NCBI RefSeq assembly: GCF_026210795.1
Contig: NC_089432.1
Span: 868,001-932,000 of the forward strand
DNA: 64,000 nt
Origin: Rhizophagus irregularis
Taxonomy: Eukaryota
Reading direction: 5' to 3'
How positions within the stretch are numbered: the first letter of the stretch is position 1; the number at the start of each line of letters is the position of its first letter. Of this stretch, positions 39,564-51,188 are shown piece after piece. The notes under the pieces were generated by a model. It was not told the DNA's origin, searched no databases, and saw only the letters and a list, made by a program, of their open reading frames with translations. Made by a program: the position numbers and the translations under genes.

Positions 39564-42500
39564 CATTGCAGAAACTTTTAAAATCGAAATCATATCGTGA
39601 CCATGTCAAAATTTTATCGTAGGGATTATAACCAAGACTTAGTCACGATATGATTTCACATTGCCACGATAAGTTTAACATAATCGTATGTATAAAGTTA
39701 CTGCATATTAAGGAAATCGGCACCTGATTTAATCGGGTCGTACAAAAATAGTATTGAAATCATAAAATACAAATTAAAGTTATAGTTAATGCATATTTAA
39801 GTTATAATAAATATATGTTTAAGTTATATTAAACAAATATTAAAGTTGTAGTGAAGTTATAATTTATTTATTTTAAATATGTTGTAAAGTGTTCTATAAA
39901 CTTTATTAAAATTGTAGTAAAGTTATTGTTAATTTATTTTTAATAAGTTGTAAAGTGTTCAATAAACTTTATTAAAGAAATATTAAAGTATTCTATTCTA
40001 AATCTAATCTTACTCAAATCTATTATTATTCTAATCTATAAATATTAATATAAATTATTCTACAAGTGTAAAATGTCTTATTAATTCTATGTATAATATT
40101 CATTTTTTTTAAAGAAGGTTTGAAATTGTTCGAAACTTGGGATTCCTGCAGAAGCTATTTCCCTACTAAATATATAAATTAATTAAAGTTGTTAAAACGT
40201 TTTTAAAAGAAAGTTTTTGAAAGTGTTTCGAAAACATACTTGATACTTCCTGGCTCCAGGGTTCTTGGAGCCAGTGTTTACAAAATTGTTAGTTAACGTT
40301 TCATGGTCATTCGATCATTCGAGGAACTCTTTCCACCGATCATTCAGTCCAAAAATTTTCAGGCTGATAAAAATGGCGGAAGGTCCAAAAGTCATAAAAA
40401 AAAAATTTTTTAGCATCGGACAAACATTACTAACTGTTTATATATTCCTTTAGGTTCTTTTTGATACTAGTTTGAGAGGGAGTTATTATGTCACAAAAAT
40501 ATTTTTTTGGCTTGCAAAGTTTCGATTCTAAAAAAAATAGGTACTTGCTCAAAAAGTTCCAGAGCTTCACTGTTACGGTGTTACCATAAAACCTTTGTTG
40601 GCTAGTAATTTGAACAAGATGCTGAAAACATTAGACAAGAGTGACAAGACGGTACTTCTTCTTTACTTTAGTTCTTAGCTCTTTGGACTCAGTTTCTTGG
40701 GAATATTTTGACTTTCGTCATCCTTTTGTGGCGCAGCAAAAAAATTTGAACTCGTGATGGGATGACCAAAATGGAAAGTTTTTGATTCTGAATCATGATT
40801 TGCTCATTTTTGTCGAAGTCACGTTTAATTATGTAAAAAATTTTTCTGACGCTAAATCTTAATGACATTTGAGGTTCTTTCAAACAGGCGGGATGCTTTG
40901 AAGTACAACTAGTCGTTCTTGCTTTTGCTTTATATAGGGGGATGAGGTTACGGAACTAAGAGAAGTTCACAATGTTATAACTTTTAAATATAGGTACAAA
41001 AATTTAGTTACCTAAACATACAGAGGGGTGAACGAAGTTTAGCCAGGTGGTGTTCACGAATATGGTTGTTAGGGGGAACTGCTGGAATAATCAGATGAAC
41101 TAGATTGTAGTCAACCGGTGGAATAAGGTTTAGTTAGGGGCTGGTTCAAACTTATAGTTGAGTTTAGATTAGTTTTAGTATTAGTTATAGATAGTCGAGA
41201 AATTTAACCGCGGGAATTATAAAACAGGGGTCAAGTTTGGTTTTGGACACTTTATGTTATTTGTGCGTATGATATGGTTCCGCGTTGCGTGGTTCCATTT
41301 TCACTAAGGAAAAAAAGTTAACGCTTCATTGCATAAAAACGAAAAAAATAAAACGATTTCGAAGCTTATACCTTTGAAATGAGTACGGCCTTTAAAATGT
41401 TCTCTTTAACTTACAAAAAAAAAACGAAAATGTTCAAAACATTTCGTTAAAAAAAACCCCCTGAAAGAAAAAAAATTCAAAGTTAATCTTAGTCCATTTC
41501 AAAATGAATTGAAATGGAGTCCTGGACCTAAAAAATAAAAAATAAAAATGTTAGCAAATGTTTGTTAAAAAATTAAAGAAAAAATTTGATATTATACTTC
41601 AAAGCTGGACCTAAAAAGGAAACATTGTAAAACGTTTCGTTAAAATTCCATCCCACCGAATTCCCACGCATCCAAAGATCATTCTAAGAAAAAGAAATAA
41701 AAAGAGAATTTAGTAGTTGTTTAAAAGACGAAATAAAGAAATTAAAAAGACATTGCAAAACTCAGCGAAATACTATGTCCAAAGAGCCGAGGAGCCACCT
41801 AAAAAAGAAGAGGAAACGTGGAGCAAAGGGGAAGACAAAAGAGAGAGAAAGGGAAGAACGAGAAGTAGAGAAATTAAAGTACGAGGAGGGGAAAGGGAGA
41901 AACGAGAAGAGAAGGGGAAAAGAGGAGGGAAAGGGAAGAACGAGAAGGGGAAAGGAGAGAATGAGAAGGGGTAAGGTATTATGTAATATAATTAATTTAC
42001 AAACTGTAATTTATTATTAAGAAGGTTTAAAAGGGTTTTTTGACGTACTGTAACCCATTGAAGGTATAATTATTAATTTATAATTTATTGAAATTATAAA
42101 AGGAAATGCTGGAAGAACGAGAAGGAGGGAAGGGGAAGAAAGAGAAGGAGGAAAGGGATAATATAGCTTAAATTGAATTTAACTTTAGCTTTTGAATATA
42201 TCGATATAATTTAAAATTTACCTTTTGATTTAATATAGTTTAAATTTTAACTTTCGATTTACACTAAAATACACTAAAATGTAATATAAGTATATAAGTT
42301 TCGAATATAATTTAAAATTTAACAATTTAACTTTCGATTGAAGAAAAAAAATACAATTTGTTCGAAATTATCACTTATATAGGTTATATTGTTGACCATT
42401 CTTAGTAAGCTAATACGCAATTGTGTTTCGTTACTTGTAGATCAGAGATAAAAATATATCTGTTGAAAAGGGTATCGCCATATTAATATTGATAATTTTT

Positions 42501-44203
42501 CTCATTCCATTCCCACACAATATCGATATAGTTATTTATAACCAAATATGGTTTGCTATAGAAGTATATAAAAGTTTAAGTCTATATGTAAGTCTAATAC
42601 TAAACAATTAAGTTGATACAATCAAATTTATTAATCAGTTTCGCCAGATTGGTACAATCAAATTTATTATTTAAAGAGAAATAATTTCGCTTTTTTTCAT
42701 AATCTCTATATTAAAATACAATACGTTGTATTAGTATATTTATTATTATTTTTTTTTTTTAAAAAAAACAGTAACGCGTTTTTATTTATGAACAAATCAA
42801 AAGAAATAGTTACATAAAAATTAAAACACCTAGAAAGAAGCAGACAAGACCTACTTCCCTCTATAACTGAGTTCATTCTAGTCTAAAAAACTATAATAAA
42901 TCTAAAAAACTGATAATTGTTATTTTTAAATCTATCTACTGTTATAGACGTTACTAATCTAAAATATTTTAAAATTTTTTTATATATTTTTTTGAATATT
43001 ATCCTACGTTTTCTCTAATTTTCTCATCTTTTCAAAAAAATAAAACACGCAGATATAGAAAAAAAATTTTAGCTCTCATATTCTAAAAATCTAAAAAATA
43101 AAAAGAAACAAAATAAAACAAAAACAAAATTGAAATTAATATAAGTATTAAGAAACAAAATCCCTAAATCTGCGCCCTTGATAGAAATGTATCCAAAAAC
43201 CGGCCGAAATTCCATAGTCGTCCGTGATATTCTTCAACCAAATCTGAACGCAAAACCAAAGACGTTAATCTTAAAAATTGTTCTTTCATTAAGGATAAAT
43301 TTGTTTATTTCTAGACGAAATCATTCACTGTCAGATTCTTCTTCTCTTCGTCCCTGTGTCATCACAACACGGTTTTGTTTTCGTTGAATTTATCTTTTCC
43401 TTCACTTATCGTCACTTTTTTTGAAATAAAGGTTTCTTTATCTTTCATTTTAACTAATCTTTTACTGAATTTGTTATTCAAATCATCCAATTCTTCGTGT
43501 ACTTCTTTATTTCTAGGTATCGTCGATAAAGGAGCTGTTGGTGCGTCCACAAATTTTTCACCCTCAGATGTTGTATGTATAGGCGCACTAAATTTAGTTG
43601 TTTTGATCCTTTTCCTACAAACTCCTTTCTTACCAATCAATTCATCTTGACTTTTCAATTTTAGACCATCCCCATAGCTTCTTCCATTGTGGATTTATAG
43701 ATTACCTTCATTATATCGTTTTCATTGTTGAAATATATCAAAATATATCTAATATTTTATTATTTTTATATGTTTTATATAGCAAATATTCCTATTATGA
43801 TATAACAGATAATACGCTTTTCACAATTATTAGTATTAGAAAAGTATAATTTATTAGTAAAAATTTTTACTAATATATAATCGGCTTTTTATTAAAATGA
43901 ATTTTATTACACAACTTTATTTAATAAATAAATGTGACAAAAAATAAAGAAATAAAGAAATCGGTAAATAATATTTAATGCATCGAAAAAGTATATTAGA
44001 TTGATTGTTTCGGCTAATTTTCGATGATATTTCCTATCTATTTAAGACCACGTCACGACTTCGAAAAGACTACGAAAAAGCCTGTCGTCGATGGTTCCAC
44101 GAGATAGTCCGACACCACGATAGTCACGTGTCTGATACTAAATCGTCGGGATTTATTGGCGATCACTTAACTGCATGGTAACAAATCATGGGTTTCTGCA
44201 ATG
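39564..44203. mobile_element. 4.6-kb non-autonomous TIR element (CACTA/CMC-like termini) with 2-bp TA TSD
   Basis: Perfect 12-bp TIR CATTGCAGAAAC / GTTTCTGCAATG, TA on both sides, and CACGA/TCGTG subterminal repeats at both ends. Excision restores the host reading frame. Confidence 0.8.
41790..42160 (+). repeat. Purine-rich (G/A) low-complexity tract
   Basis: Near-pure A/G runs with recurring GGAAGAACGAGAAG. Confidence 0.7.
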
Positions 44204-47076
44204 TATTTTGCCATCTGTTCCATTAGGATTTACATTATAACTATCACGAAAGCAATTCCAAAATACATCAGCTGGAGAAGGTATAGTTATATTCAGAAAT
44301 CCTCCCACATATAAATTAGCAATTGTTTCACGATCTTTTTCAGGATTAGTCGCATTTGTCCAAAATTCAACCTATAATATAACACTTTTTATATTAGTTA
44401 TTGACTTACCATTCACATATATATTTATTATTTTTAAACTTACATTAGAAATTTCTTTCTCGCGTGGAGTAATATTTGTGCATCCTGCAGCACGAAACAT
44501 TGCACGCCATCCTCGCAATTCACGTTCATGAAACTCATGACTTGAATTATATATTTTGCCAATATGAGTAAATAGTTCAATTATATTACTTTTTTGCTGT
44601 GCCCAATTCTGAAACACTTGATGCCATTCTTCAACTGACCCACTAGCTACTTTTTTTAAATGAAATTTAAACAAATGTTCCATAATTGTTTTATCATGCC
44701 AATCTGCTAGCGTGCATTCATTAGGCATAGATACTTGTAATAAAAGAACTGCTTGCCCTAATTTTTGTAAAGTTATAGTATGATTCATCGCAAATAATGT
44801 ATCACCTGAGATTGATTTTAGAATTCCAGTTTTACGCCATACAGCATTAGGTGAAATGTCTTTATATACAGCAATAATTTGACTATTCTGATAAATTGTA
44901 ATTGAGAATGAATTTTGATCTACACATTGAAAAAAGACTGATTGCTTTCCTTTATACTTGTAAAATAAAGATGCTGAATAATTATGACCAATTACTTTTG
45001 TATTTGACCGAATTTTACCAAGACAGCCAACAAATATGGATATATTTTCTGTCTCAATAATAAAAGGACGAAATATAATTCCTTCTAATAGCTTTTGAAC
45101 TGTATCCAGCTGTTCTAAACCTAAATAAGATAGTCCAGCATATTTCGTTTTGGTACCAAAAACAGATTGGTAAACAGAAGTAATGGCCTTTGAAGCACTT
45201 TCAACAACGCCACTACTTTGCCCTTTCCCTTCACAAATATAACCTGGTTGCAAAGGACTGTGAACATGACGAACTATACGAATAATAAAAGGCTGTCTAT
45301 TGAGTTGCAACATAATTTCAAGTCCTAGTCGTAAAGGAATAGGATAAAACGCGTTTTCGTCTGAAAAAATCCACCAGTCGCGTGAATATGGACCATAATG
45401 AAGTTCTGACACAATAGCACCAGTTGCAACAAGTTTTCCTGGAGTTATATGTGTATTTATCATTGTCAATTTATTGGGGAAACGGAGATTTCAAACGGTA
45501 TTTTTATTATTAATTAACATAACGCCGCAATTTACTATTAAATGTCTATCAATCACATGTGGATCGGCAATTAATATGTTTTATTTAATATTTTTTTACT
45601 ACAAGATTACTAACATAAATTTTAATTTTTTTATAATTTTAGGTTTAGACCCACTACTACAGAAAATTCAATAACAGGTGGGTATTTTTGATTATTAATT
45701 ATTAACATTAGTATTTTTTATTCTTTTAATATTATTACCAATTTACTAATTTAAATTATATTTTATATATACTTTTTTACGATTTTAGGTTTGGCCCTAT
45801 AGTTTCATGTCAGGATGGATGAACAGATCAGCTACTGCAGCAAATTTAATAACAGATAGGGTGTTTTTTGATTATTATTAATTATTAAATATTAACATTT
45901 TTTTTATTTTTTTAAAATTATTATTCTTACCAATTTATTAAATTATATTAAATCTATTTTTTTTATAGTTTGGTTCGGTCTTATAACTTTATTTTAAGAT
46001 GTGCAAATGGATCAGCTACTGTAATGTTTTAATTGATTATTAATTAATATTTTCTGTTTATTTTTTCATTATCTGTTATTACTAATATATTAATATAACA
46101 TTTTTATTAATTTTATAGTATACTTTTTTAATTTAATCGCATAAATCATTCTGTAAATATTTTTTTTAGTAAACAAATTCTAATAAATAAATTTCATGAA
46201 TAAATTTAATTTTTTCTTTAATAAATCTAATAAATAAACAAATGTTTTAATGTTTTAGTAAATACTGTTAATAAATATAGCCAAAACTTTCATATTAAAA
46301 TGTCAACCTAATAGAACAGGCGCAGATGAATCACGCGCTGAATCGAATAACGGTTACACAAACATTTTTTTTTTATTTATAGATATAATAAAAAATATAT
46401 ATATATAAAAAATGATTCAAAAATACGAAATCGAAATCTATAATTGTTTACGTTATTTTAAATAAGTACAAGAACAAAAAATCGATATTTATTTACATTG
46501 TACAAAAACCGTTCCTCTAAGAAAATTCTTTGTTAAAAAAACATCATTATATATGTACCATATTAAGTAAATTGAACGTTTAGTTACACGAAAAAAATAA
46601 ACTTTCTAATTGCGTAAATCAATGTCGGTCTAATTATCCCGCCATCTTGCATATTTATTCATTCTAACCTTGTTTTGGTTTCAGCCGTTGTACCTCACAT
46701 GTTAGGATTTGATCATTTTAATTTTTGCTGTTGCATATGTTGATCACTTAAATCGAGGAAACAAAAAATCCAATATATATATTTATTATATACTGTCACG
46801 TGATAAACACACTATAGCTAAAATTGCGTTTACAATAAAAAATATCAGTTTTTGATTTATTCGCTTATTATCAAATCGCGTGATGTAAAAATGATCAGAT
46901 GAATATAAGATGGAATTATAGTCTCCAAATTTCTTCAGTATAATTTTCTGGTGCATGTTGATAATGCAATTTTAACGCTGATTCTTAAAGTTTTCAACGG
47001 TAATTATTATTTTAAAATTTTATTGACATATATTACATGAAAAATCTATATACAGTACTTAATAAACAATCAAATT

Positions 47077-47265
47077 TTAAACGTAAAAAAATCTTAATTT
47101 AGGTGTAACCTTACAAATTCCTCAATTTTTTTTTTACCATGATTTAAATCTAAAATTTCAAAATAAAACCTTATATGTAAAAAACATAAAATGTAAAGGG
47201 GATTAGGTTTAAATTACTTCTAGATTAACACCCAAGTAGGATTTTAAGGCGATTTTTTACTTTAA
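47077..47265. mobile_element. Degenerate TTAA-flanked MITE
   Basis: TTAAACGTAAAAAAATC..TTTAGGTGTAA pairs imperfectly with TTAACACCCAAG..GATTTTTTACTTTAA. Confidence 0.4.
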
Positions 47266-47418
47266 AAGGCAAAAATTTTGGTTGATCATTTCATTTCAGT
47301 CAGATTTTCACCAAAATTTTCTATTCCGTTTTTGAAAATCATCCACATGCATAGTTGCCATGGATACAAAAAAAATTGCCTTTTTCGTAAAAAACTCTCA
47401 GTTTAATCTTAAATATTA

Positions 47419-47488
47419 GTACAGTACTGTACATGTACATGTACAAGTACAAGAGCAAGAACATGAACATGTACATGTACATGTACAG
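47419..47488. repeat. Degenerate (CATGTA)n hexamer microsatellite
   Basis: GTACATGTACATGTACAAGTACAAG...CATGTACATGTACATGTACAG. Confidence 0.8.
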
Positions 47489-47619
47489 AGAAAGTGAACA
47501 TTCACTATGGAAACTTTTTGCGCTGAGTTTAACTGTGCTGCTCAAAAAGAATGTTAACTTGACAGATCATGAAATAGTATGTTGATCATTTTTTATTAAA
47601 ATGTGAAAATTTTTTTTTT

Positions 47620-48895
47620 TTAATTAAAAATGTCAAAAACTTGATTAAAAAACAAAAAAAAATTAAATTTTTTAATTAAAAAAGTCAGACTTGACGTTTT
47701 TTGTTATTAAAAATCAAAAAAAAAATGATTTTATTAATCAAAAATGTCAGACTTGACGTTTTTTGTTATTAAAATCAAAAAAAATGATTTTTTTTTAATT
47801 AAAAACGTCAGACTTGACGTTTTTTGTTATTAAAAATCAAAAAAAAAATATATTTTTTAATTAAAAACGTCAGACTTGACGTTTTTTGTTATTAAAAATC
47901 AAAAAAAATATTTTTTTTAATTATAAACGTCAGACTTGACGTTTTTTGTTATTAAAAATCAAAAAAAAATATTTTTTTTAATTATAAACGTCAGACTTGA
48001 CGTTTTTTGTTATTAAAAATAAAAAAAAATATATTTTTTAATTAAAAACGTCAGACTTGACGTTTTTTGTTATTAAAAATCAAAAAAAATATTTTTTTTA
48101 ATTAAAAACGTCAGACTTGACGTTTTTTGTTATTAAAAATCAAAAAAAAGTGATTTTTTTAATTAAAAACGTCAGACTTGACGTTTTTTGTTATTAAAAA
48201 TCAAAAAAAGTGATTTTTTTAATTAAAAACGTCAGACTTGACGTTTTTTGTTATTAAAAATCAAAAAAAAGTGATTTTTTTAATTAAAAACGTCAGACTT
48301 GACGTTTTTTGTTATTAAAAATCAAAAAAAGTGATTTTTTTAATTAAAAACGTCAGACTTGACGTTTTTTGTTATTAAAAATCAAAAAAAAGTGATTTTT
48401 TTAATTAAAAACGTCAGACTTGACGTTTTTTGTTATTAAAAATCAAAAAAAAGTGATTTTTTTAATTAAAAACGTCAGACTTGACGTTTTTTGTTATTAA
48501 AAATCAAAAAAAAGTGATTTTTTTAATTAAAAACGTCAGACTTGACGTTTTTTGTTATTAAAAATCAAAAAAAAGTGATTTTTTTAATTAAAAACGTCAG
48601 ACTTGACGTTTTTTGTTATTAAAAATCAAAAAAAATATTTTTTTTAATTAAAAACGTCAGACTTGACGTTTTTTGTTATTAAAAATCAAAAAAAAAGTGA
48701 TTTTTTTAATTAAAAACGTCAGACTTGACGTTTTTTGTTATTAAAAATCAAAAAAAAAATATTTTTTTAATTAAAAACGTCAGACTTGACGTTTTTTGTT
48801 ATTAAAAATCAAAAAAAAATATTTTTTAATTAAAAACGTCAGACTTGACGTTTTTGTTATTAAAAATTAAAAAAAAAATGATTTTTTTTTAATTA
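47620..48895. repeat. Tandem array of ~60-61-bp double-palindrome units (~21 copies)
   Basis: Unit AATTAAAAACGTCAGACTTGACGTTTTTTGTTATTAAAAATCAAAAAAAAGTGATTTTTT. There are 20 copies of GTCAGACTTGACG plus one degenerate first unit. Confidence 0.95.
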
Positions 48896-48898
48896 TAT

Positions 48899-51141
48899 TA
48901 GTGTACTTTTGGATATAATGGGTGAGTTTATTTTAAAAGCATACTAATACTATTAATAAATTAATAAAAGATTTTTTTATAACAATAGATTGTGTTTAGT
49001 GAGATTTATGAAAAAATTTTATGAAATTTTTTTTAATAAGAATAGCTTTGTATAAAAAATTTTCTAGAATTTTTTTTAATAACGATATATCAGCATAGTA
49101 GTAATAGTACAATAGGGTTAACTATACAATAAATAGATGTAATAAATTTTTTGGAATTTTTTTTTAATAACAGTAAATTGGTATCATATAATAGATGATA
49201 TAATAAATTTTTTTTGGAATTCTTCCTTAATAACAATATATTGGTATAGCACAATAGATAGATATAATAAAAATTTTCTGTGATTTATTTTTTAATTACA
49301 ATAGATTGGTAACTTATTAACGGAAGTTAATAATTTTTTTACAGTTCACAGTAACACTAATATTACTTTTTTTTTTAATCGCAGCGCATTTGCAGTTTTA
49401 TTAAAGTAGAAAAATAAAAGAATATGTATACATAGTATGATTCTAAAAGCTACTCTAATATAATTAAACTACAAACCACTCGTCATACGTATAGTACCCC
49501 ACGTGTGCACTGTCGAGTGATCGTTAGACTCAGTAGGTAGACAACATTTTTAATGCGTTATCTTAGCCAGACGGCCCTATCTTCAACATAGTAACACTAA
49601 TATTACTAATAAGTAATGGTAATAAAAGATTTTAGTTACATTTAATAAGGTTAATAAAAAAATTTTTTGAGATATAATAGAATGGTATAGTACAATAGAT
49701 AGATATAATAAAATTTTCTGGGATCTATTTTAATAATAACAGATTGGTATAATACAATGTATAGATATAAAAAAATATTTCTGAATTTTTTTTTTAATAA
49801 TAGATTGATATGAATATATTTTCTGGGATTTTTTTTTAGCAATAAGTCATTATATCAGTATAAAATTTTCTGGATTTTTTTTAATAACAATAGATCAGTA
49901 TGATATAATGGATAGAAATAAAAAATTTTAAGGATTTTTTTTTAATAATAATACTAGATTGGTATAGTACAATAGTTACTAGATATAAAATTTTCTGGGA
50001 TTATTTTAATAACAATAGATAGGTATAGTACAATGGACTAATTTAATAAATTTTTTTGTGATTTTTTTTAATAACAATAGATTGGTAATAGACAACTGAT
50101 TATTAATTTGTTCAATTAATAATTGTTTTTTAGTAAGATTTTTTCCAGTAATACTACTACTAATAGGTATTAATAGTTAGTTTAATGAGTTAATAAAAGA
50201 TTTTTTATAAATAGATTATATTTAATGACATATAAAAAAAATTTTGGGAGATTTTTTTTAATAACAATAGATCAATACAAAAAATTTACTGAGACTTTTT
50301 TTAATAACAATAGATTGGTATAGTACAATGAATAGATATAAAAAAATTTTAACTTTTTTTTTAATAATAGATTGATATAAATATATTTTCTGAATTTTTT
50401 TTTAACAATAGAGTCAATAAATCAATATAAAAAATTTTTTTGATAACAACAGATCAGTACTATATTATAATGGAGAGATATAAAAAATTTTTTAGATTTT
50501 TTATTAATATAATAGATCAGTTTCTGGAATTTTTTTATGACAAATTAGTATAGTACAATATATAAAATTTTCTGGGATTTATTTAAATAACAATAGATAT
50601 GATAAAATTTTTGGTGATTTTTTTTTTAGTAGCAATAGATTGGTAATAGACAATTATTACTGTGACCAAAACTGATCTGATTTACCAATTCATTATCAGT
50701 TCAGTTTTTAATGTTTTCACAACATTTTTTATTGTCTATTACCAATCTATTGTTACTAAAAAAAATAATCACCAAAAATTTATCATACCTATTGTTATTA
50801 AAATAAATCTCAGAAAATTTTTTTATTAACCTTATTAAATGTAATCTATTGTTATAAAAATCTTTCATTTATATTACTTACTAGTAATATTAGTGTTACT
50901 GTGAACTATAAAAAAATCTTACTAAAAAACAATTATTAACAAGTTAATTGTCTACTATCAACATATTGTTATTAAAAAAAAATCCCAGAAAATTTTTTTA
51001 TACCAAACTATTACTAAAAAGAAATCTCATTAAATTTTTTATAAATCTCACTAAACACAATCTATTGTTATAAAAAAATCTTTTATTAATTTATTAGTAG
51101 TATTAGTATAAAACTCACTCACTATATCCAAAAGTACACTA
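48899..51141. mobile_element. Foldback-type element with long TIRs built from degenerate ~60-bp subrepeats
   Basis: TAGTGTACTTTTGGATATA at 48899 and its reverse complement ending at 51141, with homology extending over 100 bp. Internal TAACAATAGATTGGTA repeats flip orientation at about 50690. Confidence 0.75.
49368..49589 (-). mobile_element. Short retroposed insertion (LINE 3' end or SINE) inside the foldback element
   Basis: 18-bp direct repeat AGTAACACTAATATTACT at 49350-49367 and 49590-49607, with poly-T at the left end. Confidence 0.8.
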
Positions 51142-51188
51142 GTTCGTTTATATAAATTAATATCTGAAATTATAATAAAAATTTAAAT

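Larger units (their letters stand above)
36734..45463 (-). pseudogene. Multi-exon Sola-like (DDD) transposase gene, split by a 4.6-kb insertion
   Basis: Spliced exons join in frame (45463-44444, 44371-44204, then 39561 onward: NGTDGK|IRILSII). It has a Cys/His-rich region (CLTC, H.DCINHC, C...H...C..C) and RNase-H-fold-like motifs IVDYKMRILP..EFFGKRGWTLH, ISDNGGHYH and EPGEAKTTVDSHH. There is a frameshift near 36985. Confidence 0.65.

Noticed and set aside
41717..42020. K/E/R/G-rich proteins
   Set aside because: The ORFs arise from a purine-only tract that cannot contain stop codons.
36430..47070. TIRs of the Sola-like element
   Set aside because: I looked for matching inverted ends on both sides of the gene and found none that I can support.
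47620..48895. CRISPR array or ribozyme-containing satellite
   Set aside because: There are no spacers, and I could not see a hammerhead core (CTGANGA...GAAA) in the monomer.
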